A stretch of DNA of 61,132 nucleotides from Verrucomicrobiota bacterium (lineage in GTDB: Bacteria > Verrucomicrobiota > Verrucomicrobiia > Verrucomicrobiales > DEV007), in the NCBI GenBank assembly GCA_045046875.1, contig JASFYY010000029.1:1-61132 (forward strand), in the 5' to 3' direction. Both the position numbers and the translations under genes were made by a program. Numbering within the stretch: the stretch's first letter is position 1; each line of letters begins with the position of its first letter. Shown here one piece after another: positions 9,000-18,190 of the stretch. The notes below the pieces were generated by a model. That model was given only the letters and a program-made list of their open reading frames with translations. It did not search any database and was not told where the DNA came from.

Positions 9000-9422
9000 A
9001 TGCAGTTTAAGGAGAGCATCAAACAAGTGATCCTGATCGTTGCGGTGGCAGCGGTGGCGGCTTTGGTCACTTTTTTTGTCCATACTAAAGCTCCGGCTTT
9101 GCATGAAGTGACCGTGCTTAATGAGGACGAGGTCAGCTTGGCTGAAGTCCGGCAATGGACAGGGGAGGTGATCTGGATCGACGCGAGAACTGAAGCAGAT
9201 TATACCAAGGGGCATGTGCAGGGTGCATTGCTTTTGAACCAGGAGAATTGGGCCGACTTGTTGTGGCAGCACCGTGAGGTGATTGAGGCGATCGAAGAAA
9301 GCCCGGTGGTGGTTTATTGCGATGGCACGACTTGTCGCCGCAGCAGTGAAATCGCCGAACGCCTGCGCACCGAGTTGGGTTTGGAGCAGGTTTATGTGTT
9401 GAAAGGGGATTGGCAAGAGTGA
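9000..9422 (+). CDS. Membrane-anchored rhodanese-like protein
   Basis: N-terminal TM helix, WIDAR, GHVQGA, VVYCDGTTCRRS, VYVLKGDW. Confidence 0.85.
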   Translation: MQFKESIKQVILIVAVAAVAALVTFFVHTKAPALHEVTVLNEDEVSLAEVRQWTGEVIWIDARTEADYTKGHVQGALLLNQENWADLLWQHREVIEAIEESPVVVYCDGTTCRRSSEIAERLRTELGLEQVYVLKGDWQE

Positions 9423-9430
9423 TTGTTTTA

Positions 9431-9472
9431 GAATGAGTTGACGACTTCATTCCTATTTGGTATTTTTAGAGC
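9431..9472 (+). promoter_or_regulatory. Sigma70-type promoter with overlapping inverted repeat (putative TA operator), giving a leaderless transcript
   Basis: TTGACG (9438-9443), 17-nt spacer ending TGG, TATTTT (9461-9466), ATG at 9473. The imperfect IR GAATGAGT..ACTTCATTC spans the -35. Confidence 0.6.
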
Positions 9473-9724
9473 ATGAAAGCGACTACTATAAAACTGCAGG
9501 GCGAGTTGCTTGAGAAGCTTGAGGCCAGCAAGCCGCCTGATCAGAGTCTGACTTCCTATGTGCGCGCAGTGTTGCAGGGGAGCTTGGATCGGTTGAAGAT
9601 CAAGGAAGCCGCACTGGAGTATCGTGCTTTTGTGGAATCGGATGAAATAGAAAAAGCGTGTCTGGATGAATGGGATCGAGCAGATCTGAATACAGTGCCG
9701 ACCGAAAAGAAAGCCTCGCTGTGA
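9473..9724 (+). CDS. Type II antitoxin (RHH/CopG-like)
   Basis: 83 aa, N-terminal TTIKL beta strand plus helices, acidic C-terminus, GTGA overlap with the toxin. Confidence 0.75.
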   Translation: MKATTIKLQGELLEKLEASKPPDQSLTSYVRAVLQGSLDRLKIKEAALEYRAFVESDEIEKACLDEWDRADLNTVPTEKKASL

Positions 9725-10044
9725 AAAGGGGCTCTTTGTATTGGGTGAATCTCGGTGAGAGCCATCCTCCGGAATTTGGCAAAACCCGCCCGGCCTTGGT
9801 GATTTCCAATTCGGTTCAGAATGCAATATTGGATAGTGTGGTGGTGGTTCCTTTGTCCACCCGCCCAGGTGAAATCTGGCCTTTACGGCTCAAATTGACT
9901 GGGGCCAAAAACAAAACGTCGTTTGCCGTTTTGCCCGGTATTAGGCAAGTGTCCAAGTCGCGCTTGGTGAAATTCATCGACTTCGCGTCGTTGGATTTCA
10001 TGCGTGGTTTTGATGAGGCATTAAACCTGTATCTGAGTGACTGA
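9721..10044 (+). CDS. mazF: PemK/MazF family endoribonuclease toxin
   Basis: KRGSLYWVNL...EFGKTRPALVISN...VVVVPLST...IRQVSKSRL; GTG start at 9721. Confidence 0.9.
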   Translation: MKRGSLYWVNLGESHPPEFGKTRPALVISNSVQNAILDSVVVVPLSTRPGEIWPLRLKLTGAKNKTSFAVLPGIRQVSKSRLVKFIDFASLDFMRGFDEALNLYLSD

Positions 10045-10195
10045 AGTCGGTCACTCCTGCATCAATTATTCGCTTGCAGCCCTTATTTATTAAGGGTCAG
10101 GCCTCATGCATTTTTGTTGTTGTCTATCAGGGATGAGTAAGGGGAGAGCGGATGGAGGCGAGTGTGCCCGTTTTTTAAGGGATTTCAAACAAGCT

Positions 10196-10573
10196 CTAAT
10201 ACCTTGGCACATCGGCATCAATTTCCCGTGACCATAGGTCGATGCCGCCACTCATGCTCCAAGTATTGGGGTAGCCTTTTTGGCGTAGGAACCGGGTCGC
10301 TCGCATGGAGCGCATGCCGTGGTGGCAGTAAACAATGACGGGGTGATTTTTGTCCTCGGGCAGAGCCTGACCCATGATGGCGACAAAATTCGACAGTGGC
10401 AGTAGTTTGGCACCTTCGATGCGGCAGATCTGGTGTTCGTCCTGCTCGCGGCAATCGACCCAATGAACCTTGGGGCTGTTGCTTTCTTGTTGGGGATCGT
10501 GCAGATGCCCGCGCGCATCGTGAACGCTGATTTCCAGAGAGTCGGGATGTGGCAATGAAGGTGAATCGGACAT
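10196..10573 (-). CDS. Rhodanese/sulfurtransferase
   Basis: VDCRE, IVYCHHGMRS, GGIDLWSREIDADVPRY (resembles the MoeZ C-terminal rhodanese). Confidence 0.9.
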   Translation of the reverse strand: MSDSPSLPHPDSLEISVHDARGHLHDPQQESNSPKVHWVDCREQDEHQICRIEGAKLLPLSNFVAIMGQALPEDKNHPVIVYCHHGMRSMRATRFLRQKGYPNTWSMSGGIDLWSREIDADVPRY

Positions 10574-10606
10574 GGGTCGAGCGATGGGGAAATTACGCAA
10601 GCGGCG

Positions 10607-11251
10607 TTAGCGAACGACGGTGACTTTGGTTCCTTTTTCTACATTGGTGTAGAATTTTTTAGCCATCGGGGCAGGCATACGCACGCAGCCGTGAGAGGCG
10701 GCGTAACCGGGTAGGTAGCCTACGTGCAAGCCGATGCCGTTGACAAAACGCATGAAGTAGTGCATGTCGGCACCGTCAAAAACTGTGCCGGGCGGTTTGG
10801 GGTCTTTCCCCACAGCGATGTCTCTTTTGGCGATGGTTCCGTCGGGGTAAACGTAGTCTCCGAAGAGGTTGGATTGGTGGTCGATGTCCTTCTGCGTGAC
10901 TTTGAAGGTGCCGGTGGGAGTTTCGAGCCCTTCGGTGCCACTGGATACTTTCGAGACCCCGACCAGGTGCCGGCCTTTATAAAAATAAGCGCGTTGCTCG
11001 GTGAGGTTGAGTACGATGGAGGGCTCACCTTGCACTCCATTGTCGTCCCAATAGGAGACGGTGTCTTGTTTCATCGCGCTGCTGGTCAGCCGCTCCGATG
11101 GGCCCAGGCCGTATTGGTTGACTCCTGCGTCAGTATTTCCAGCCAGATAGACATCAGTCGCGTAATCGTCCGAGATGCAACTGGAAAGCAAAGTCATGGT
11201 GGCGCAGGCCAAAAGTACAAGCCTTGCAGATATGGAGAGCGAAGGGTTCAT
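10607..11251 (-). CDS. L,D-transpeptidase (YkuD) lipoprotein
   Basis: Lipobox LSSC, VSSG...TPTGTF, catalytic GLHVG...ASHGCVRM. Confidence 0.92.
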   Translation of the reverse strand: MNPSLSISARLVLLACATMTLLSSCISDDYATDVYLAGNTDAGVNQYGLGPSERLTSSAMKQDTVSYWDDNGVQGEPSIVLNLTEQRAYFYKGRHLVGVSKVSSGTEGLETPTGTFKVTQKDIDHQSNLFGDYVYPDGTIAKRDIAVGKDPKPPGTVFDGADMHYFMRFVNGIGLHVGYLPGYAASHGCVRMPAPMAKKFYTNVEKGTKVTVVR

Positions 11252-11547
11252 AGCAGCATAATCATTAACAGTTCCGAAATATCCACTATAGCTCAGTTTT
11301 TAATTGGGGAAAGCGGAGATTCTAGTGGGCAGGGCGCGGGTCGGTTTGTGCGAACGTGGAGCGGAGAGGGGAGAGAGGAGGCCGCGAATGCACGCCAATA
11401 AACGCGAATGAGGAGGGGATGTATGAGGGTCGGATGGAATTTGTATTGAGTTGCGGTGTGCTTCCGTTTAAGCTTCTCGGCTAGAGGCGGCTTTTATTGG
11501 AGGCAGCTTGATTTGGATGTAAAAAGAAGGTAGCGAAATAAAGTTTT

Positions 11548-11973
11548 ATGGCACGGCGAGCGAGTTCAGGAATCAGTTTGGGGCATGTGATTGGTATTGC
11601 AGCAGCTATTATCGGTTTTTTTGTGATGGCATTTTTGCTGTTTAGGATTGTGGCGGAAGGTGGCGGGGGCAAAACCGGAAGCTCGTCGTCGGCAGTGAGT
11701 TTGAATGTGGCTGAGTATTTAAAAAATGCCAACAGCCTGCGTGGTAATGTTTACCGGGTGGAGGGAAAAGTGGAAGAACGGTTGAAGTGGACCCCTGACC
11801 GGGGGCGATTGGTCAGTCTGGATATAGAAAATGGCGCAACTTCTTCTCCGCTACCGGTGTTAATTCCTCAGGAATTCAGCCATGTGAATATCGACCGCGG
11901 AGCCAAAATGGCTTTTGTGGTGAAAGTCGGCAGGGATGGTTTGCTGGTTGCCGAGTCCGTTGATTCGAAATAA
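11548..11973 (+). CDS. Membrane-anchored hypothetical protein (OB-fold-like)
   Basis: N-terminal TM helix, then a beta-rich domain (LRGNVYRVEGKV). Confidence 0.7.
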   Translation: MARRASSGISLGHVIGIAAAIIGFFVMAFLLFRIVAEGGGGKTGSSSSAVSLNVAEYLKNANSLRGNVYRVEGKVEERLKWTPDRGRLVSLDIENGATSSPLPVLIPQEFSHVNIDRGAKMAFVVKVGRDGLLVAESVDSK

Positions 11974-11981
11974 ATAGAATA

Positions 11982-13889
11982 ATGAAGCTGTTTTACTCTA
12001 AAATGTCGCAAACGCGATTGAAGATACTGATCACCGGATCTTTGTTCGTCTCTCCGCTGGGTTCGGTGGCGTTTTCGCAGGTGTTCACTCCGCCTGGTCA
12101 GAAACCGCCCGCTTCCAATAACAATAACACCACTACGGTGAATACCAAGAGTAGTGGAGGCGGTGGTCAGAAGCAGATGTTGGGCAATGACGTGCCTTTT
12201 TTCGACCCGGGTTCCGAGACTTTTGCTTTTGATGGCAAAAACTGGAACATCAATAACAACCGGGTGTTTGCCGCTCGTTTTGAAAAATATCTCAACGCCC
12301 CACCTTCAGAGAGTAAAGAGGACCAAGCTTACCGTGCGGTGATGCGTGAAGTGCTCGATGCACTTTCTCCCCATCGCAAACCGAACTTGCCCAAGGCGGT
12401 GGCCTTGTTGGAAGGGGCATCAAAATTCGAGCAGGATGCACGGCTGTGTGAGTCTCTGGCCAATGCGGTTTATCGGGTGTGGTTGGCAAAAAAGAGTGTC
12501 GGGGATTTGAAGCGGATCAATAAGGAGTTGGAAAAACAACGCAAGCAGTTGGACTGGAAATTTGAGCAGTGGAACAAACCTTCGGCGATGGAGAGCGGTA
12601 AAGGAGGGAAGGAAAAATCCAAACCGGCCACGGTTTCCAATGCAGGACAGGTGCAGCGTTTTGTGCAGAGGATCACCGAGGTGGAAGCCAACCGAGTCAA
12701 AAACATGGCGAAGATGGAGTTGTCGCAGATACAGGCCAAGCTCGAATTCCAGGCCTTGATTCTACAGTTTTTCATGCAGCGGCGTTTTGAGCATGTGATC
12801 ATGGCGGCACGCATTTACACCGAGTTTTTCCGTGATGGTAATGGTAAGCTGAATTTTGAAAAAGGATCGGATATCGAAAAATCCTTCAGCGAGAGCCTGG
12901 GTTTCAGCCCGACGGTCACCACTTTGGATTCTTTTGCCAATGAAGCGATTCGCGATGTGAACGAAGGGGTGCAGTCGTTTGAATATTTGATCGAGCAGGA
13001 GAATCTGGACGGGGCTTCCAAGCGCTTGGCGGAATCTTTCATGGCAGGGGAATACATGCCAAAAATCCGCACGCTGGAGATGGAGAAAAAACAGAAGGTG
13101 GCCGAATACACCCGCATGTCGTTCCAGTTGCTTTCGGCTTTGCAGGTGAAGGATTACACCTTGTCCGAGGAATTGGTGAAGAAGATGCGGGACGCAGCCA
13201 AGGATTTTGATTATTCCAAACCTTTGCAGGCGATTGAGATCGCCAAGATAACCAGTAATATGCGAATTCGCACTGCTAAAAATGCGGCGCTCAAAGGTGA
13301 GAACGAGGTGTATGAGGAGAATATCAAAGCGGCGGCTGAGATATGGCCAACCAATCCGGTGCTGAAAGAGCAGTTCAATCTGATTGCGGATCAAGGTGAC
13401 GTGATGCAGCAGGCCAAGCTGGAGTTTGATCGACTGATCAGCACCCAGAGTTATCGTCAGATTTATAATGACAAGGGACGTTTCATCGCGGCCACGGTGG
13501 ATGATGCCGGACGCCAGGAGAAGCTGACCCAGATTTTGACCAATATCCAGGAGATCGAAATTTCCTTAAAACAAGCGGAGGCACTTTCCAAAGGGGGCAA
13601 CCGTTATGGTGCCTGGGAGATTGTGGAGCGGGTGTTCAAGCGTTTTCCCGATGATCAACCGCTGGGAACCAAACGCTCCGATCTGGCTACCGATGTGGCG
13701 GAGTTTGTCGGGGCTTTGAAAAAAGCGGAGAATCTGGAGGAGCGCAATCAGGCGGGTTCGAGTCTGGCCTGGTATCTCAAGTCGCGTAAGATTTACCCTA
13801 ACAGCATTTTTGCCCAGGAGGGGATTGGAAGGCTGGTGGATAGCATTTTGCCGGATGAAGAGGGGCAGGTTTCCCAGGAGGGCAAGTAG
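11982..13889 (+). CDS. Secreted alpha-helical/TPR-like hypothetical protein
   Basis: Signal-peptide-like N-terminus; 635-aa helical, coiled-coil-rich ORF with TPR-like C-terminal segments. Confidence 0.75.
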   Translation: MKLFYSKMSQTRLKILITGSLFVSPLGSVAFSQVFTPPGQKPPASNNNNTTTVNTKSSGGGGQKQMLGNDVPFFDPGSETFAFDGKNWNINNNRVFAARFEKYLNAPPSESKEDQAYRAVMREVLDALSPHRKPNLPKAVALLEGASKFEQDARLCESLANAVYRVWLAKKSVGDLKRINKELEKQRKQLDWKFEQWNKPSAMESGKGGKEKSKPATVSNAGQVQRFVQRITEVEANRVKNMAKMELSQIQAKLEFQALILQFFMQRRFEHVIMAARIYTEFFRDGNGKLNFEKGSDIEKSFSESLGFSPTVTTLDSFANEAIRDVNEGVQSFEYLIEQENLDGASKRLAESFMAGEYMPKIRTLEMEKKQKVAEYTRMSFQLLSALQVKDYTLSEELVKKMRDAAKDFDYSKPLQAIEIAKITSNMRIRTAKNAALKGENEVYEENIKAAAEIWPTNPVLKEQFNLIADQGDVMQQAKLEFDRLISTQSYRQIYNDKGRFIAATVDDAGRQEKLTQILTNIQEIEISLKQAEALSKGGNRYGAWEIVERVFKRFPDDQPLGTKRSDLATDVAEFVGALKKAENLEERNQAGSSLAWYLKSRKIYPNSIFAQEGIGRLVDSILPDEEGQVSQEGK

Positions 13890-13895
13890 TGGCGG

Positions 13896-16800
13896 TCAAG
13901 GTTTCAGGTGGTCGTAGATGCCGTTGTCGGGAAGAGGGGGAGAACCCCGCCATTTTTTTAGGTGTAGATTCCAATTGCTGGTATTGAGAGAGTTACGGGG
14001 CGGCCGGGAGCGATCGAGCAGTCCCCAGAAACAGTTGCGCGAAACCGCTTTGGCGGCTCCGTAAGTTGATCCCAGTCGTTCGGAGAAGGTTTTGCTGTCA
14101 GGCGCGGGCAGCGTGAGGGTGGCGGGATGGATACGGTACATTTGGGTAATCCAATTGCTGGCGATGTAGAGCTTGGCGGGAGCGTAAGGCTCAAGACCGA
14201 ATTGGTTCAACTCGGGGAATTTGTCAGGATCTGCGGCGGAATCAAAAGCGGCGATCAGGGCGCGGGCGACTTCGCCGACGCCATGGGCGTAGTAGTCTTC
14301 CTGGGTGACCGGTTGTTCGGCGATCAGGACTGGCGGGCGCAGGCTGCGAATCATGGCGACCAGGCGACGTTCGAGCCCGTCGATGCCGCCGTAATTCTGG
14401 TAGCGTTGAGCGATGGCGTCGGGGCGGTTGCGTTCTCTCCAGGAGTATTCGGTGAAGCTGTGCACCACCGATACGCCGAGGGTCATCGCCGAGGCGGCGA
14501 CCATGTTGCGGTTGTAATATCCGTTCAGTTCAAAAGCGCGCACTCCGCGGCCGGGGTTGATGTAGGCGGTGTCGAATGATTCGCTGGTGATGCTGAATGA
14601 ACCATTGTTGATGTGGTGATCGTGAGCGGTGGCGTAGAGCAGGCCCATTTTCCGCGGGCTTTGTTTTTGTAATGTCCAGTTGAGCCCGCCGTCCTGAGTT
14701 GCCAGGACGGTGCCGCGCTCGCCCGAGATCCAACCGTGCTGGTCGTCACTGAAGTGGATGCCTCGGTAAAGGGCGTTTTGCCCGGTTTTGACGATGTTCC
14801 ATGCTGATTTTTCATTAGCTTTGCTGAGGATGGCAAAAGGCGAGCTGAGCCAGACTTTTCCACTGTCAGTGATGGTGATTTTATCAAAAGCGAGCAATTC
14901 GACCATCTCGGGCAGGAAAGGCAGGATGACATTCTGCCAGCTGTAACCTCCATCGTAACTTTGTAGAATGGCTCCGCCTTCACCGATGATCCAACCGTTT
15001 TTGCCGTCGGATGAAAAAGCGACCGAGCGGTAGGCCGAGGGCCAGTGGTTGACCCGGCTCGGCACTGGGCTTTTCACCGGCTTCCAGTTTTCACCGCCGT
15101 CGTCCGTGGTGAGGATGCTTTCATCGTGACCCACAGCAAAACCGTGTTTCTCATCGAGGAAGGTGAGCCCATACAGCCAACTGGCGGTGTGGGTGTTGCG
15201 GCATGCTTGCCAGTGCTGCCCGCCGTCTTCGGTTTTTAGAATGACTCCATATTCTCCCACTGCCCAGCCCAGGCGGGAGTTGATGAAAAATACATCTTTG
15301 AGCCAAGTGGCTTCTTCAGCGATTTGCGGGATCCAGGTTTTGCCACCATCGCTGGTTGCCAAAATAACTCCCATGCCACCGTAAAGGGAGGTGTTGGCAT
15401 CCCGTGGCCAGCCACCGACGATCCAGCCTTGCTGGCGGTTGATGAAAAAGACTTTTTCGAGGATGAAAGGGCTGGGTGAAGTCTGGTTCTGCCAGGATTG
15501 GCCACCATCGGAGCTATGGACAATGGTGCCTAGTCCGCCGACTGCCCAACCGTGTTGGTTATCGACAAAATAGACGCTGTTGAGGCGGTCGCTGTGGCGC
15601 TGACGCGTGAGTGGAGGGAGGTCTTTGGATTGCGGAGAGCGAGCGATCGCCGGAACCAGGGGAGTCGTGTTTTTTGGCAAGGCCATCGATTTTGGATCAA
15701 CATGCAGAAGGCCAAAGCCCTGCGGATCACGCAGGTAGCGCAATGAGCCCTTCCAGCCGGGCATCGCGGCCGGGGGTGAAATCGGCGACCAGGAAAAATG
15801 AGCTTCATCCGCGCCGGTGATGGATGCGGACATGCAGCGTTGCAGATTAAGACCCCAGCTGGCGGAGACCTTTTGTTTTCCGCACAGGGAGGCAAGGGGG
15901 ATCGAGAGATCGACCGTCCAAGTATTATCCGAGTAGGTGACCCGGGTTTTTGCCCCGCTGGAGCGAAGTGGGTGGGGTGGCACGTTGAACATGCCGAATG
16001 AGTCGGAATAACGTTCGATCAGCGCTCCTTTTGAATTTACTAAAAAAGTGTGTAAACCTCCGTGAAAGCGATCAGCGTCATCGAGATTGGGGGCCAGGTT
16101 GATTTCGACGTAGTCGCCCCAATCGAGTCCGAACTGTTCCCGTCGGTCGAGGTAGTTGAGGCGACGGCTTTGAGCTCCGTACTCGGCGATTTCAGCTTCT
16201 TTGCCGACCACTTTCAACTTGGACAGGTCTTTTTCCTTGCAGTCGAAACGGATGAAGAGGTTTTGCCGGTCGTGGCTGATGCGGGCTTTGATTTGATTGG
16301 TTTTTTGCTGGCTCAGGTCATTGCTGAACTGCGAGAGCGCGGGGATGTTTTGCCATTGTTCGCTGGTGGGAAAGCTTGCTGGATCGACGGGGGAGTTTAA
16401 TGGGTGCAAGCTTGTTTCGGCCGGGCTAAGGGCTGGACGGGCGGGTTCGGCGGGTGGCGCCAGGTCGTAACGGATCAAGGTGGGCTCCGGGCTGCGTAGG
16501 GTGATGCTTTTATTAGTAGGCGAACGGCTGTGGTAAACCAGATCGACGGCCCAGATGGAATCTTCGTTCACATTGGGCTTGAGCGCTTTCCATGGGATGA
16601 AGATTTCGGGCTGCCAGCGGGTGGGCTGTTTGGTGGGGGAGGAGATTTGGATCGATCCCGGCCAGGCGGGGCAGATGATGCCGCCGTCCCAGGGGTCGTA
16701 AAACAGCTTGAGAACGTCGCCTTTTGAATTAACGGCAATTGCGTAAAATATACCTTCAAGTTCAATTTGCTGAGAGGGTGGCGATTTTGTTTGTTGCGAC

Positions 16801-17513
16801 CATTTAGCTCCGTCCGGGACAAAGCGTTGGGGAAAACGCCAGGAGCGATCTTTACCTATATCAACCGGGGTGATGAGCACGATGGCACAGTCATCTAGCA
16901 GGGGGGGGCGGATGGGAGGGGGACGTGGCAGGCTCCATTTTTTGATCAGCTCTTTGTCCTGGCGGATGGCGTTTTTCAAAGGCACAAAATCGCCGTTCCA
17001 AAACCATTGTTCGTTTTGGCTAATTTGGGGGAAGGATTTCGAGGTGTTGCGTGCAGTGACTTTAGGCAGTGAAAAAGAGATGTGGATGCCTTTGTCATCA
17101 CTGTGGATGTTAGCACTCTGTTGGGCAGGGCTTGCTGTGAGTTGGCCCAGGCGGTTGACGAAGAGGATGGCTTGTTTGGATTCAGCCTTGGAGGCTTGCA
17201 AGTTTGCTTGCTGTGACAAATCCTTGTTTTGCAGGTGCAGGGAGCGGGGCCATGGTTGATCCCATTGATGAGTTTTGAGCCAAAGTTCGAGTTCTTTTTG
17301 CGGGATGTTGAGCTCGCGGGCGAAACGAGAAGTGGTTCCGTAAATACTCCACAGGTGCAGGCGCACGGCGTCGAGAGCGGGCATTTGGTAGTGGTTTTCG
17401 ATGCTCCGGGTGACGTCGATGGGCTCGCTTGATTGTGCGTTCGCGCGCTGTGAGCCTGCGAAAACCAGGTGGAAGATGCTTATCAGCAGGGCTAGATGAG
17501 TGAGGCGGGGCAT
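13896..17513 (-). CDS. Secreted multidomain protein: CBM9/DOMON-like domains, Ycf48/BNR propeller and PIG-L-like domain
   Basis: Signal peptide; HDRQNLFIRFDC, GDYVEI and WGLNLQR (CBM9-like); repeated GWAVG..G.I..T.DGG..W units; C-terminal RRLVAMIRSLRP..LI and ADPDKFPEL. Confidence 0.75.
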   Translation of the reverse strand: MPRLTHLALLISIFHLVFAGSQRANAQSSEPIDVTRSIENHYQMPALDAVRLHLWSIYGTTSRFARELNIPQKELELWLKTHQWDQPWPRSLHLQNKDLSQQANLQASKAESKQAILFVNRLGQLTASPAQQSANIHSDDKGIHISFSLPKVTARNTSKSFPQISQNEQWFWNGDFVPLKNAIRQDKELIKKWSLPRPPPIRPPLLDDCAIVLITPVDIGKDRSWRFPQRFVPDGAKWSQQTKSPPSQQIELEGIFYAIAVNSKGDVLKLFYDPWDGGIICPAWPGSIQISSPTKQPTRWQPEIFIPWKALKPNVNEDSIWAVDLVYHSRSPTNKSITLRSPEPTLIRYDLAPPAEPARPALSPAETSLHPLNSPVDPASFPTSEQWQNIPALSQFSNDLSQQKTNQIKARISHDRQNLFIRFDCKEKDLSKLKVVGKEAEIAEYGAQSRRLNYLDRREQFGLDWGDYVEINLAPNLDDADRFHGGLHTFLVNSKGALIERYSDSFGMFNVPPHPLRSSGAKTRVTYSDNTWTVDLSIPLASLCGKQKVSASWGLNLQRCMSASITGADEAHFSWSPISPPAAMPGWKGSLRYLRDPQGFGLLHVDPKSMALPKNTTPLVPAIARSPQSKDLPPLTRQRHSDRLNSVYFVDNQHGWAVGGLGTIVHSSDGGQSWQNQTSPSPFILEKVFFINRQQGWIVGGWPRDANTSLYGGMGVILATSDGGKTWIPQIAEEATWLKDVFFINSRLGWAVGEYGVILKTEDGGQHWQACRNTHTASWLYGLTFLDEKHGFAVGHDESILTTDDGGENWKPVKSPVPSRVNHWPSAYRSVAFSSDGKNGWIIGEGGAILQSYDGGYSWQNVILPFLPEMVELLAFDKITITDSGKVWLSSPFAILSKANEKSAWNIVKTGQNALYRGIHFSDDQHGWISGERGTVLATQDGGLNWTLQKQSPRKMGLLYATAHDHHINNGSFSITSESFDTAYINPGRGVRAFELNGYYNRNMVAASAMTLGVSVVHSFTEYSWRERNRPDAIAQRYQNYGGIDGLERRLVAMIRSLRPPVLIAEQPVTQEDYYAHGVGEVARALIAAFDSAADPDKFPELNQFGLEPYAPAKLYIASNWITQMYRIHPATLTLPAPDSKTFSERLGSTYGAAKAVSRNCFWGLLDRSRPPRNSLNTSNWNLHLKKWRGSPPLPDNGIYDHLKP

Positions 17514-17615
17514 CGAAGAGGGGGAGGTAGGGGTTAAGATAAACGTGGATTTTACACGGTCAACGCCCATTCGTTCGCCGTCCATTGCGCGTTTCGTAGA
17601 GACGGCTACATTTTA

Positions 17616-17632
17616 TTTAGAATAATTCTTGA
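17616..17632. promoter_or_regulatory. ICE/Per-box-like Fur-family operator
   Basis: TTTAGAA-TAA-TTCTTGA against the Irr ICE consensus TTTAGAA-N3-TTCTAAA (two mismatches), 37 nt upstream of the Fur-family gene. Confidence 0.65.
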
Positions 17633-17669
17633 TCTCAATTAGAGATGGGGCGAAGTTGTCGGCAGAAAG

Positions 17670-18149
17670 ATGGTATCGAAACTTCGACAGGATATTGCAG
17701 CAAAAAGCGAGTCAGGTGGTGGCGCGCTGGGAGGCTTGCGCATGACCAAGCAGCGTAAATTGGTTTACGATGTGCTGATGGACGAGCGGGATCACCCGAC
17801 GGCTACCGAAGTTTACATTCGCTCGAAGCAGCGCATGTCGAGCATTTCCCTGGCCACGGTTTATAATTGCCTGGAGACTTTGAGCGCGGCGGGTTTGGTC
17901 AAGCAGGTGAATGTGGGGCGGGATGCTTCGCGTTATTGCCCTAATCTGGCGGAACACGCGCATTTTATTTGCGCAAAATGTGAGCAAGTCTTTGATATCG
18001 GCTTGAAGAATGACAAAGAGGTGGAATCGGTATGGGCTTTGCCCGAAGGATCACGCATCGATCACTTGGAAGTAGCGATGAAGGGGGTTTGTGCTGATTG
18101 CAACGAGGTGGGAAAAAAGGTGGGTGAATCAGTGGCGGGCAAGGGGTGA
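17670..18149 (+). CDS. Fur family regulator (PerR/Irr-like)
   Basis: MTKQR, HPTATEVY, ISLATVYNCL, HAHFICAKC, C-terminal CADC. Confidence 0.92.
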   Translation: MVSKLRQDIAAKSESGGGALGGLRMTKQRKLVYDVLMDERDHPTATEVYIRSKQRMSSISLATVYNCLETLSAAGLVKQVNVGRDASRYCPNLAEHAHFICAKCEQVFDIGLKNDKEVESVWALPEGSRIDHLEVAMKGVCADCNEVGKKVGESVAGKG

Positions 18150-18190
18150 AGCAGTGATTTTTTTGATTTTAGACATAAGAAAATAATAAC

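Noticed and set aside
11283..11330. TAGCTCAG with flanking CCACTA/TAGTGG resembling a tRNA 5' half
   Set aside because: No anticodon arm or TTC T-loop, and too short for a cloverleaf.
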